A stretch of 64,000 bases of DNA from Bacteroidota bacterium (GTDB lineage Bacteria > Bacteroidota > Bacteroidia > Bacteroidales > CAIWKO01), in contig JBAXWF010000007.1 of the NCBI GenBank assembly GCA_037128515.1, positions 5,021 to 69,020 of the forward strand, read 5' to 3'. Position numbers and translations under genes: made by a program. Positions 15,908 through 25,920 of this stretch are shown in pieces (positions within the stretch are counted from its first letter, which is position 1; each line of letters opens with the position of its first letter). The notes under the pieces were generated by a model. That model was not told where the DNA came from, searched no databases, and saw only the letters and a list, made by a program, of their open reading frames with translations.

Positions 15908-18592
15908 ATGAAAGATGATTTTTTAGCTTGTTCGACGGAGATTTATAACTACTACGGTGCGAAGCCGGAAGGCGACATTGAATTGCGCGAGCAAAAGCCG
16001 CAAGCGACGGCGCGTGTGGAAAAACAACGCGAAATGTATTTTGAAGCCAAGTCGTCGGCTTCGGTTGAGTTTCCGTATTGGTACACGCGTAGGTGGGAGG
16101 AATTGGATGGGGAGGTGGCGATTGTGCGCCGCGCGGAAGCGTTGAAAACGGGTTTTGAACATTTGACTCCGGCTGTTTTTCCGGGGGAACTGTTGGCGAT
16201 GCGTAAGGCGATTTATTTGCGGGGCTCCTACCCTATGCCGTGGTTGTCGGAGGGGTTTTTTCTGGCTAAGGAAGATGAGTTGTTTGTGCAAGCGCAAAAC
16301 GCGGGAAAAAATAGTGCCGACGAGGTTACTACTATGGGACAAGGCGGCGGGAATGTGACCCAAAGCGTTGGCAAGGTGATATCGATAGCAGGGAAATTTG
16401 GGTTGCGCAGCGAGGAAATGCCTATTTTGTTGAAAACGGCCAAAAAATGGTTTAACAAATCGGTGGATGATGTGGGGCACAAATATGAGCAGTTGGTTCC
16501 GGATTATCAGACCAAAGAGGAAATTATGCGTGCGGTGATTTGCATGTTTGATTCGGGTTACACGCTGCCTCAAGGCCGGGAGGTGATGAACTATTACTAT
16601 GGGCTGCAATATGGCATTGGGGGTATTAAAGGGATTTGCAACGAAAAGATTGGCGCAGCAGCGGGTAAACCGGGCATGGATAGGATTTATTTTTATAGGG
16701 CGGTGCACACGGTGCTGGAGGGTTTGCAAACCTGGATACTGAACTATGCTAAAGAGGCGCAACTGATGGCTTCGCTGGAAACAGACGCTGCGCAGAAACA
16801 GGAGTTTTTGGAAATGGAAGAGCGGCTGGTGTGGCTTTCGGAAAATCGTCCGCGTTCGTTTCATGATGCGTTGCAATTGATTTGGATTTTGCATGTGGCG
16901 GTGCTGAACGAGGATGCTATTTCGGGTTTGTCGCCCGGTCGCTTGGGTCAGGTGTTGTTTCCCTACTGGAAACGGGATATGGAAAAAGGTGTGCTGGACC
17001 GAGCTCGTTCGATTGAGTTGCTGGAGTGTATGCGTATGAAATTTACGGAATTGGATTGTTTTGCATCGATGGGTGTTGTGGGGGGTGTGTTGAGTGGAAA
17101 CACGTTTAACAACCTTTGTGTTGGGGGCTTGGATAAAGATGGCAATAGTGCTGCGAACGAACTGGAGGTGCTGATAATGGAATCGGCCATGAGTTGCGAT
17201 ACGCCGCAGCCTACGTTGAGTTTGCTGTTTGACGAGAAACTGCCGGAAGCGTTTTTGCTGAAAGGGGTGGATTGTACGAAAATTGGTACGGGGTATCCGG
17301 CTTGGGTGAACAACCGCGTGGGGATGGAGTTTTTGCTGAATAACTTTAAAAAGGAAGGCATGGATGTGGAAGAAGCGCGTGCATGGGCTATAGGGGGATG
17401 CTTGGAAACATCTGCCGGAAGCTGGATGCCGCTGGAGTTGGATGGGGAAACTTGGTTTATTCCGGGTGGTTCGGCACCGGCTACTAGTGTGGGTGTGCAT
17501 TTTATTTCGTTGCCCAAAGTGCTGGAAGCGGTTTTATATAACGGATTGGATAAACGCACGGGACGCCGTGTATATCCGGCACACGACCGCGAATTGACAT
17601 CATATAACGCGATTTGGGATGTGTTTAAAAACTATTTCAGCATTACGGTGGAGGTGCTTACGTATGCCAACAACATTCAACACGATGTGTGGGGCAAGGT
17701 GTCGCCATCTATCATCAACAGTATGTTGAAACCCGATTGTCTGGAGGTGGGAAAAGATATTAGCAACAAAGGCTGCCGCTATAACCGTACGTTTAATGTG
17801 GAGATTTGTGGTGGTGTGAATTTGGTAAACTCGCTGGCATCGATAAAAAAGAATGTGTTTGAAGAAAAAAACTTTACACTTACGGAACTAAAACTGGCTA
17901 TTGATAGCAACTTTGGTTATGTTTCGGCTTTGGAAACGGGCTCGTATAGTTTAACCGAACAGGTGAAAACGGATGATTATATGGATTGGTTAAAAATACA
18001 TAAGCAATGTATGGATGCTCCGAAATATGGGAACGATGATTTGTATGTGGATTCTATTTTTAAAGAATGGCAGATTTGGTTTAGTGGGATGTGCGAGCAC
18101 TATGTTTCTATTTACGACGAACCCTTGTATTCGTGCCAAATATCGGTTTCGACGCATGCCCCCATGGGTGCTGTTACGCTTGCCACAGCCGACGGACGTT
18201 TGTGCGGTACGACATTTTCGGATGGTTCGGTTTCGGCTTATCCGGGAACGGATAAAAACGGACCCTACGCTTTGTTTAATTCGGCGACATGTTATAATCA
18301 TGCTTTGTCGCAAAACTCGCAGCTCAATATGAAGATTCACCCTTCGGTGGTGCGAGGCCGCGAGGGATCGCGTAAGTTTTTGGAAATGATAAAAGCGTAT
18401 TTGCGTAAAGGTGCTTTTCATGCCCAGTTTAATGTGGTGGATTCGCGTATGCTGAAAGAAGCACAGAAAAACCCGGACAACTACAGAGGATTGATGGTGC
18501 GGGTGGCAGGTTTTACACAATATTGGGTGGAACTTGGCAAGCAGATACAAGACGAAGTTATTGCGCGGACAGAATATGAACAAATTAATTAA
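15908..18592 (+). CDS. hpdB: glycyl radical enzyme, 4-hydroxyphenylacetate decarboxylase large subunit type
   Basis: C-terminal RVAGF glycyl radical motif, GGCLE thiyl loop, and Ser/His/Glu positions at a constant offset to remembered 4-HPAD residues (see finding). ATG at 15908 is preferred over the track GTG at 15902. Confidence 0.8.
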   Translation: MKDDFLACSTEIYNYYGAKPEGDIELREQKPQATARVEKQREMYFEAKSSASVEFPYWYTRRWEELDGEVAIVRRAEALKTGFEHLTPAVFPGELLAMRKAIYLRGSYPMPWLSEGFFLAKEDELFVQAQNAGKNSADEVTTMGQGGGNVTQSVGKVISIAGKFGLRSEEMPILLKTAKKWFNKSVDDVGHKYEQLVPDYQTKEEIMRAVICMFDSGYTLPQGREVMNYYYGLQYGIGGIKGICNEKIGAAAGKPGMDRIYFYRAVHTVLEGLQTWILNYAKEAQLMASLETDAAQKQEFLEMEERLVWLSENRPRSFHDALQLIWILHVAVLNEDAISGLSPGRLGQVLFPYWKRDMEKGVLDRARSIELLECMRMKFTELDCFASMGVVGGVLSGNTFNNLCVGGLDKDGNSAANELEVLIMESAMSCDTPQPTLSLLFDEKLPEAFLLKGVDCTKIGTGYPAWVNNRVGMEFLLNNFKKEGMDVEEARAWAIGGCLETSAGSWMPLELDGETWFIPGGSAPATSVGVHFISLPKVLEAVLYNGLDKRTGRRVYPAHDRELTSYNAIWDVFKNYFSITVEVLTYANNIQHDVWGKVSPSIINSMLKPDCLEVGKDISNKGCRYNRTFNVEICGGVNLVNSLASIKKNVFEEKNFTLTELKLAIDSNFGYVSALETGSYSLTEQVKTDDYMDWLKIHKQCMDAPKYGNDDLYVDSIFKEWQIWFSGMCEHYVSIYDEPLYSCQISVSTHAPMGAVTLATADGRLCGTTFSDGSVSAYPGTDKNGPYALFNSATCYNHALSQNSQLNMKIHPSVVRGREGSRKFLEMIKAYLRKGAFHAQFNVVDSRMLKEAQKNPDNYRGLMVRVAGFTQYWVELGKQIQDEVIARTEYEQIN

Positions 18593-18607
18593 CAGGGAAA
18601 AGAAATT

Positions 18608-18841
18608 ATGATACACTACGATTGCAAATATTACCTTAGTTTGGATGTTTTTAAAGGTATTTGTAAACTCGATAAAAACAAAATAAATGCTGACGAGGTA
18701 TCGTGCGACAAATTTGAGAAAGCACAGAAATGCAAATTTTGTTCGAATTATACTGCTACCCAACCCAACTTGGGCAGGTGCAAGAACACGTATGATGCGT
18801 ATCCGGAAATGAATGCCGTGACATGCAATGAATACAAGTGA
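18608..18841 (+). CDS. hpdC: 4-hydroxyphenylacetate decarboxylase small (gamma) subunit type, two predicted [4Fe-4S] sites
   Basis: 77 aa beginning MIHYDCKYY. Ligand sets are H3/C6/C19/C33 and C42/C45/C58/C73. It lies between the GRE and activase genes as in hpdBCA. Confidence 0.7.
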   Translation: MIHYDCKYYLSLDVFKGICKLDKNKINADEVSCDKFEKAQKCKFCSNYTATQPNLGRCKNTYDAYPEMNAVTCNEYK

Positions 18842-19760
18842 GCTAAAAGCAACTATTTTCGATATTCAGGGACTCTCGGTACACGACGGACCCGGGTGTC
18901 GCACGCTTATATTTTTGAACGGTTGCACGATGTCGTGTTTTTGGTGCTCCAACCCCGAAGGCATGAGCAGCAGACCCAGTTTATTGTATTATCAACCCAA
19001 TTGTGTTGTGTGTGGCAATTGTGCCAACAGTTGTGCATACAACGCCATTACGGTGGAAACAGATAAAATTGCGATTGCCCGTACTATTTGTAAAAACTGT
19101 AGCGAGCCCGTGTGCGTTAGCCAATGCTTTACGGATGCATTGCGACTGAGTGGTTATGAAATAACGGTTGGAAAACTGATGGAAATTATACAACGCGACC
19201 GACAGTTTTGGGGCAGCCATGGTGGGATGACGCTTACGGGTGGGGAGCCTTTGATGCAAATTGATTTTGCCGAAGAGCTGTTGAAAAGGTGTTACGACTC
19301 GTATGTTCACACTGCCATAGAAACATGCGGAAACATTGCGTGGCAAAATTTTGAACGGGTGCTTTCCTACTTGGATTGGATATTTTTTGATATTAAGCAT
19401 TTTGATAACGCAACGCATAAAAAGGGTACGGATGTGAAAAACACTTTAATACTTGACAATGCGAAAAAGCTTGCAGCGGGGTTTAAAGGTAAACTTATGT
19501 TTCGGTTGCCCTTGGTTCCTGATTTCAACGATTCGGACAGCAACCTGAAAGCAACGATTGCCTTTCTGAAGGATTGTGGCAGAAATGAAATTAATATTTT
19601 GCCGCTGCACAGGCTGGGTGGCGAAAAATACAAAATGCTGGATAAAGAAAACGTGATTGCTGATTACGTTATTCCTACTCATGAATCGTTAAAAACGATA
19701 AAAAATGTTTTTGCCGAAAGGGGTATAACATGTTATATCGGTAGCGAAACGCCGTTTTGA
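18828..19760 (+). CDS. hpdA: glycyl radical enzyme activating protein (radical SAM, with additional ferredoxin-like clusters)
   Basis: GCTMSCFWCSNPE (CX3CX2C), CVVCGNCANSC and CKNCSEPVCVSQC. Overlaps hpdC by 14 nt. Confidence 0.85.
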   Translation: MNTSELKATIFDIQGLSVHDGPGCRTLIFLNGCTMSCFWCSNPEGMSSRPSLLYYQPNCVVCGNCANSCAYNAITVETDKIAIARTICKNCSEPVCVSQCFTDALRLSGYEITVGKLMEIIQRDRQFWGSHGGMTLTGGEPLMQIDFAEELLKRCYDSYVHTAIETCGNIAWQNFERVLSYLDWIFFDIKHFDNATHKKGTDVKNTLILDNAKKLAAGFKGKLMFRLPLVPDFNDSDSNLKATIAFLKDCGRNEINILPLHRLGGEKYKMLDKENVIADYVIPTHESLKTIKNVFAERGITCYIGSETPF

Positions 19761-21766
19761 TTGGTTTTTCTCCAAATTAAATAATTCAAATATCGCCACA
19801 CAAAATCCTGAGAACTTTTGTTGGCGATGGTTGAGAAAATACGTTGCCAATTATAGAATATTTTCTGGGTATCAACTATGTTGTCGGTATCGTAATGCTG
19901 CAAATCTTGTATGATACTTTTCATTCGTTTGTTTTCGTTCATCAACCAAAATGTTTGTGGTGTTGCAAACCCCAGTTTGTCGGTGCGGCGATAAATGCTC
20001 TGGGGCAATACATCTTTCATGGCATTTCGCAACAGGTATTTGCTCCAACCTTTATGAATTTTGTAGGCAGCCGGCATGGAAAAAACGGATTCAATTAAAT
20101 TGATATCGTCGGCAAAAGGCGTTCGGGATTCAATGGAATATTGCATGGAACAGCGGTCTTCCCATCGCAGCAGATTTTTAAGATAATTGTGTGTAAAAAA
20201 ATCGTGCAGCAATCTATTCATGTTTTTGCTGCTGTAGTCCTGAGCCATTGATAGGTTTGAATTGTTTTGTTTTAGAAAATCTGCCGAAAGAAACGAAGTT
20301 TCGTTGTGCGTTTTTTTATACAAACTGTTTTTAGCGGATTCGGACAAACTCTCGTTGAGTGCTACTTTGAGAAGGGATTTGAAAAGTACGGAGGCATTCA
20401 ATGGCGCATGTTTCAAATTCATGCATTCGGAAGCTAAGTTGCCAAGTCTAAATTTTTTAATTAATCCGATATAAAAAGAAATATAAAACGGGACATACCC
20501 GGCAAATAGTTCGTCGGCACCCTGCCCGTCGAGCAAAATGGTGATTCCCTCTTGCTTTGCCTTTTTCATTACTGCATTTTGGGCATAGGTACTGGTTGAG
20601 AATAAAGGAGCATCTTGATAATAGATGATGGTTTGGAGTTCGTCGAAGAGCTGTGCAGCGCTACATTCGGTTTTATGCCAGTTTAAATTGTTTTTTGTAA
20701 CAACTTGTTCAGCCCATTTGGATTCGTCGCAAGCTTGGTTTGGGTGAGTGGCGGTGAAAGCATGCAAATTGCCTTGCAATTGTTTGAGATGCCGCGAATC
20801 ATTGATATGCTTTGCTACTCCAATTATAGAACTGCTATCGATACCCCCACTCAAACAAAAACCCACCGGCACATCGGAACGCAAACGCAGTTCGACCGAG
20901 GAAACTATTTTTTGGCGCGTTTGCTCAATCATTTCGCGTGATTTCAATTCGTTGAACTTCTCGGCAGAAGGATTTACACTTAGTTGATAGTAGCGATTTA
21001 CGCGGAATTGTCGGGTGTTTAAATCATAAATAAAGTAATGAGAAGGAAGCAGTTCCTTTACATTATGATAAAAACCGTTCTCATCTATTTCAACCTTGCT
21101 TTGCACCAAATAATTGTATACTGCCTGATGGTTAATTGCGGTATCGAGCGGTAAAGTGTATAATGCCTTCTGCTCCGAAGCAAATGCCAGCATATTGTTT
21201 TGGTGGTAATAATAAAAAGGTTTTACGCCAAATCTGTCGCGACAGGCAATGAGGAAATTTTCTTTGCGGTTGAAAATGACGAAGGACCACATACCATTTA
21301 GTTTGTCGAGAAATCTCAAGCCCCAATATTCATAGGCTTTTAAAAGCACCTCTATATCGCTTTTGGTTCTGAAGGTCATGCCCTTTTCCTCCAACTCCTC
21401 TCGGAGCTCGATATAATTATATATTTCGCCATTGCAGGCGATCCAAATACTTTTGTCGGCATTGCACATGGGCTGATGACCGGCAGCAGAGAGGTCGATG
21501 ACGGAGAGCCTGCGATGTGCTATTCCAAGAAAAACGTCTTCCGAAAAATTATCGATATGATTTTTGGGCGAATACGCGAATGCATTATTCCATGATTCGG
21601 GCTGTGTGTCGTTGGCGCCATAAATAAAACTTTCGGTTTCGTTAAAAAAAGCAAAACCCTCATCATTGGGCCCGCGATGTTTCAGCGTATCGGACATTAT
21701 TTTGAGACGAGCAGCGATTGATTGCTCATTCGAATTAAAATCAAGAATACCTGCAATACCGCACAT
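19733..21766 (-). CDS. asnB: asparagine synthase (glutamine-hydrolysing)
   Basis: MCGIAG N-terminal nucleophile (Ntn amidotransferase) and SGGIDSS PP-loop. Confidence 0.85.
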   Translation of the reverse strand: MCGIAGILDFNSNEQSIAARLKIMSDTLKHRGPNDEGFAFFNETESFIYGANDTQPESWNNAFAYSPKNHIDNFSEDVFLGIAHRRLSVIDLSAAGHQPMCNADKSIWIACNGEIYNYIELREELEEKGMTFRTKSDIEVLLKAYEYWGLRFLDKLNGMWSFVIFNRKENFLIACRDRFGVKPFYYYHQNNMLAFASEQKALYTLPLDTAINHQAVYNYLVQSKVEIDENGFYHNVKELLPSHYFIYDLNTRQFRVNRYYQLSVNPSAEKFNELKSREMIEQTRQKIVSSVELRLRSDVPVGFCLSGGIDSSSIIGVAKHINDSRHLKQLQGNLHAFTATHPNQACDESKWAEQVVTKNNLNWHKTECSAAQLFDELQTIIYYQDAPLFSTSTYAQNAVMKKAKQEGITILLDGQGADELFAGYVPFYISFYIGLIKKFRLGNLASECMNLKHAPLNASVLFKSLLKVALNESLSESAKNSLYKKTHNETSFLSADFLKQNNSNLSMAQDYSSKNMNRLLHDFFTHNYLKNLLRWEDRCSMQYSIESRTPFADDINLIESVFSMPAAYKIHKGWSKYLLRNAMKDVLPQSIYRRTDKLGFATPQTFWLMNENKRMKSIIQDLQHYDTDNIVDTQKIFYNWQRIFSTIANKSSQDFVWRYLNYLIWRKTNQNGVSLPI

Positions 21767-21788
21767 TTGGTTTTACTTACTGTTTTAC

Positions 21789-22439
21789 TTATTTATCGTT
21801 TGCTCTGTTTTCGAGTAAAGGTACGAATCGAAAGGTGCCATGCTCTTGTTTTTTAACTTCGCCCGCATCATTTTTTGTTATAGTTATCATGCTTTGAATG
21901 CCTCCGTTACCGACAGGAATCACCATGATTCCTCCGGGTTTGAGTTGCTGAATGAGCATATCGGGAATATCGGGTGCCCCTGCTGTAACAATAATTTTAT
22001 CGAAAGGAGCAAAAGCAGGCAAGCCTTTGTATCCATCGCCATAAAACAATTTTGGCTGATAGGATATTGTAGGCAGAAACTCTTTGGTTTTAAGATACAA
22101 GTTTTTTTGACGTTCTATGGTATACACTATAGCTCCCAATTCGAGCAGCACGCATGCCTGATATCCTGACCCCGTGCCAACTTCAAGCACCTTATCGCGG
22201 TTTTTAATTTTTAAAAGTTCGGTTTGAAACGCCACGGTGTAGGGCTGAGAAATGGTTTGACCTGAACCTATCGGAAAGGCTTTATCTTCGTAAGCATGAT
22301 TTTGAAACGTTGAATCTAAAAACAAATGACGTGGTATTTTGCCGATAGCTTCTAAAACTTTCAGGTCTGTGATTCCTTTCTTCTTTATTGTTTCAACAAG
22401 TTGTTTTCGCAGTCCTTTATGTTTATAAGAGTCCATCAT
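21789..22439 (-). CDS. pcm: protein-L-isoaspartate O-methyltransferase
   Basis: PRHLF, QTISQPYTVA, VLEVGTGSGYQ and FDKIIVTAGAP motifs. Confidence 0.9.
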   Translation of the reverse strand: MMDSYKHKGLRKQLVETIKKKGITDLKVLEAIGKIPRHLFLDSTFQNHAYEDKAFPIGSGQTISQPYTVAFQTELLKIKNRDKVLEVGTGSGYQACVLLELGAIVYTIERQKNLYLKTKEFLPTISYQPKLFYGDGYKGLPAFAPFDKIIVTAGAPDIPDMLIQQLKPGGIMVIPVGNGGIQSMITITKNDAGEVKKQEHGTFRFVPLLENRANDK

Positions 22440-22543
22440 ATTGTATTATATTTTTCGCTACCTGCATGTTATAAAATAAAAAACTGTATTTTTCATTGTT
22501 AATTTCTCTTGCGAAAATACAAATTTGCATTTAATAAAAAATT

Positions 22544-22551
22544 TAAATTTG
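22544..22551 (+). promoter_or_regulatory. -7 promoter box TAAATTTG
   Basis: Exact TAnnTTTG 17 nt upstream of the ATG at 22568. Confidence 0.45.
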
Positions 22552-22567
22552 TAAAAAATTACACGAC

Positions 22568-23548
22568 ATGTTAAAAATAGGTGTTCTTGGCGCAGGTCAT
22601 TTAGGGAAAATCCATATTAGATGCATTAACCAAATTGAAAACTTTGAGTTGGTTGGGTTCTATGACCCCGATGCCAATGTGATGCAGGCTGTTGAAAGCG
22701 AATTTGGCATTAAAGCATTTGGTTCGATAGATGAACTGATTGAAGCAGTTGAAGTAGTAGATATTGTGACACCAACCGTTTCGCATTTCGATTGTGCATC
22801 GAAGGCAATGAAGGGTTCGAAACATGTATTTATTGAAAAGCCTTTGGTGACCACGCTAGACGAAGCGAGAGAACTGATTGCCATTTCGGAGGAAGCAGGT
22901 GTGAAAGTTCAGGTAGGTCATGTGGAGCGGTTTAACCCTGCTTTTACGGCAGCATCGCCATTTATTCAACAACCCATGTTTATAGAAACACATCGGTTGG
23001 CACAGTTTAATCCCCGTGGTACCGATGTGCCCGTGATACTGGATTTGATGATTCACGACATTGATATTGTTTTGAGTATTGTGAACTCGAATATTAAAAA
23101 AATACGTGCCAGTGGTGTTGCTGTGGTTAGCGATACACCTGACATTGCTAATGCACGCATTGAGTTTGATAATGGCTGTGTTGCCAACCTAACTGCCAGC
23201 CGAATTTCGATGAAAAACATGCGCAAAACACGCTTGTTTCAGCATGATGCATATATTGCTATTGATTTTCTTGAGAAAGATATTGAAATCATTCGGTTGA
23301 AAAATATTGAAAATGAGTCGGAACTCAACCCATTGGATATGATGATTGACCTAGGGGAAGGAAAAGGCAAGAAACAAATATTCTTTGAAAAGCCTGAAAT
23401 TATTCCCATTAACGCGATTAAAACTGAACTGGAAGCTTTCTATTATTCCATTGCAAATAATACTATCCCCAATGTTACCATTATTGACGGTTACAAGGCC
23501 CTAGATGTTGCATACAAAATTATTGAAAAAATCAATATTCCCGATTAA
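22568..23548 (+). CDS. Gfo/Idh/MocA-family NAD(P)-dependent oxidoreductase
   Basis: N-terminal Rossmann IGVLGAGHLGKIH and the EKP motif (FIEKPL). Confidence 0.8.
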   Translation: MLKIGVLGAGHLGKIHIRCINQIENFELVGFYDPDANVMQAVESEFGIKAFGSIDELIEAVEVVDIVTPTVSHFDCASKAMKGSKHVFIEKPLVTTLDEARELIAISEEAGVKVQVGHVERFNPAFTAASPFIQQPMFIETHRLAQFNPRGTDVPVILDLMIHDIDIVLSIVNSNIKKIRASGVAVVSDTPDIANARIEFDNGCVANLTASRISMKNMRKTRLFQHDAYIAIDFLEKDIEIIRLKNIENESELNPLDMMIDLGEGKGKKQIFFEKPEIIPINAIKTELEAFYYSIANNTIPNVTIIDGYKALDVAYKIIEKINIPD

Positions 23549-23616
23549 TATTTTTTTCGAAATATACAATAATATTTTTTCGTTTGCGTTTGTTTTTATA
23601 ATTCGAAAAAAAACAC

Positions 23617-24501
23617 ATGCATATCACCTTTACTCACGTTGAGCGTATTTTAAAAACTTTGCTTGTTTTTTCTTGTATAGCTTTATTCATCTGCCTCTCT
23701 TCCTGCAAAAAGAACGATCTTATTCCTGCGTATATCCACATCGATAAAATTACGCTGACTTCAACTTATGAAACAGATGGCAGTAATTCGAGCAAAATTA
23801 CAGATGCTTGGGTTTATGTTGACGATAATTTAATTGGAATTTATGAGTTGCCGGCCACTTTTCCTGTTTTGGCTTCTGGAATGCACAAAATCACGGTTAA
23901 AGCAGGAGTTAAATTGAATGGTATTGCTATGTCGCGTGGATATTATCCATTTTATGAAGACTACACAACTGATATAAATTTGGAAGAAGATAAAATTGAT
24001 ACTATAAACCCCATCGTAACTTATTACCCCAACAAAGTTCAATGGAAGGAAGATTTTGAAGAAGGCGGATTTACGCTGTTAAAATATACAGGCAGCGATA
24101 CAGCATTTATAAAAACTACCGATCCGGCAGAAGCTTTTGAAGGTTCGTTTTCGGCTGTTGCTAACCTAACAACCGATGATCCTTATATTTTAGCTGTGTC
24201 GACCCAAGATTATGTTATTCCACAAAATCTCACACCCGTTTTTTTAGAATTAAATTACAAAACAAATACTCCCTTGACCGTTGGAATGATTGAAGAAAAG
24301 CAATCGGGAGATCATAATGTAATTTCAACGCTAATTCTTAATCCGAATACAGAATGGAATAAGATATATATCAACTTAACACTGACAGCGAATACATCGG
24401 TTAATGTTGCTTCTTTTAAAGTTTTTTTCGCAGCAGCAAAAGATACCATCCCCAATCCGAAACTATTTATTGACAATATAAAATTGCTATATACGAACTA
24501 A
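23617..24501 (+). CDS. hypothetical lipoprotein
   Basis: Signal peptide with lipobox (CLSSC). No catalytic motif recognised. Sits immediately upstream of the initiating sugar transferase. Confidence 0.5.
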   Translation: MHITFTHVERILKTLLVFSCIALFICLSSCKKNDLIPAYIHIDKITLTSTYETDGSNSSKITDAWVYVDDNLIGIYELPATFPVLASGMHKITVKAGVKLNGIAMSRGYYPFYEDYTTDINLEEDKIDTINPIVTYYPNKVQWKEDFEEGGFTLLKYTGSDTAFIKTTDPAEAFEGSFSAVANLTTDDPYILAVSTQDYVIPQNLTPVFLELNYKTNTPLTVGMIEEKQSGDHNVISTLILNPNTEWNKIYINLTLTANTSVNVASFKVFFAAAKDTIPNPKLFIDNIKLLYTN

Positions 24502-24504
24502 ACC

Positions 24505-25920
24505 ATGAATAAAAAACTGCAGGTACTAAAATATGTTTCTTTAGATATATTTTCTGCAATTCTTGCATGGACTTTGTTTTTTGTATATCGGAAATACAAT
24601 ATTGATTCGGAGGTTTTGCATAAACCAGAAATAATTTTTGGTGATAATAACTTGTACTATGGGTTAATTATTGTTACTTTTTTTTGGTTTTTCTTGTATT
24701 TTGTTTCGGGAACCTATCAGAAGATATATCGCAAATCGCGGCTTAAAGAACTTAGTCAAACATTTATTCTTTCGTTTTTAGGCATGCTTGTTATCTTTTT
24801 CCTTTTTATTCTCGATGATCAGGTTATTTCCTATAAAAACTACTATAAATACTTTCTGATTATTTTCGGAATGCATTTCATGCTAACATTTACATTCCGA
24901 TTTATTCTATCCTCCAGAACAGCTTATAGAATTCATAATAAAATCATCGGTTTTAACACGTTGTTGATTGGCAGTAATGGAAATGCAACAGCCATATACA
25001 ATGAAATAGAGAACGAATGGAAATCGTCGGGCAATAAATTTGTTGGTTTTGTAAACGTTTTCAATGGCAACAACAATCAATTAAAGGACTACTTACCGCA
25101 TTTGGGCAATTACAAAGATTTAAAAGAAATTATTCAGAAATATCAGATTGAAGAAGTTATTATTGCTATCGACAAAAAAGAGCACACCTATATTGAACAG
25201 ATTATCTCATTTTTGGAAGATACGAATGTGGTGATTAAGATAATTGCCGACATGAAAGACTTTTTGGTGGGCAGCGTTAAAATGACATCCATTTTTCATG
25301 CCCCTTTGATTCAAATTTCGCCGGAATTGATGCCAGCATGGCAAAGGCATCTGAAACGGTTTTTTGATATTTTTACCTCTATTGTTGCTATAATTATTTT
25401 GTTACCTTTCTATATAATTGTTGCCATCGGAGTTAAGGTATCGTCGCGCGGATCCATTTTTTATTCGCATGAGCGAATTGGTTTGCATGGCAGGCCGTTT
25501 ACCATGTTTAAATTCCGATCCATGTTTATTGATGCGGAAGCCGATGGTCCACAGTTGTCGAGCAAAAATGATAAACGAATTACCCGCTTCGGAAAATTTA
25601 TGCGTAAAGTTCGTTTGGATGAAACACCACAGTTCTATAATGTGTTAAAAGGTAATATGTCGTTGGTTGGCCCAAGGCCCGAAAGAAAATATTTTATTGA
25701 CCAAATAGTGCAGAAAGCCCCTCATTATAAATTATTGCATAAAGTAAAACCTGGAATCACGTCTTGGGGACAAGTTAAATACGGTTATGCCGAGAATGTT
25801 GACCAAATGATTGAACGATTAAAATTTGATATACTCTACATTGAGAACATGTCGCTGGCGGTTGATTTTAAGATTTTAATCTATACGGCAATCATTATCA
25901 TGCAAGGCAGAGGAAAATAA
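24505..25920 (+). CDS. polyprenyl-phosphate sugar phosphotransferase (WbaP/WcaJ-like initiating transferase)
   Basis: N-terminal TM helices plus the bacterial sugar transferase domain (FKFRSM, RITRFGKFMRKVRLDETPQFYNVLKGNMSLVGPRP). Confidence 0.85.
   Translation: MNKKLQVLKYVSLDIFSAILAWTLFFVYRKYNIDSEVLHKPEIIFGDNNLYYGLIIVTFFWFFLYFVSGTYQKIYRKSRLKELSQTFILSFLGMLVIFFLFILDDQVISYKNYYKYFLIIFGMHFMLTFTFRFILSSRTAYRIHNKIIGFNTLLIGSNGNATAIYNEIENEWKSSGNKFVGFVNVFNGNNNQLKDYLPHLGNYKDLKEIIQKYQIEEVIIAIDKKEHTYIEQIISFLEDTNVVIKIIADMKDFLVGSVKMTSIFHAPLIQISPELMPAWQRHLKRFFDIFTSIVAIIILLPFYIIVAIGVKVSSRGSIFYSHERIGLHGRPFTMFKFRSMFIDAEADGPQLSSKNDKRITRFGKFMRKVRLDETPQFYNVLKGNMSLVGPRPERKYFIDQIVQKAPHYKLLHKVKPGITSWGQVKYGYAENVDQMIERLKFDILYIENMSLAVDFKILIYTAIIIMQGRGK

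Noticed and set aside
15923-17500. 525-aa antisense ORF inside the glycyl radical enzyme gene (plus 16963-17559 and 17990-18763)
   Set aside because: It lies opposite a gene with strong family motifs. Its composition is Arg/His/Gln/Pro-rich and low-complexity, which is typical of antisense frames in GC-richer coding DNA.
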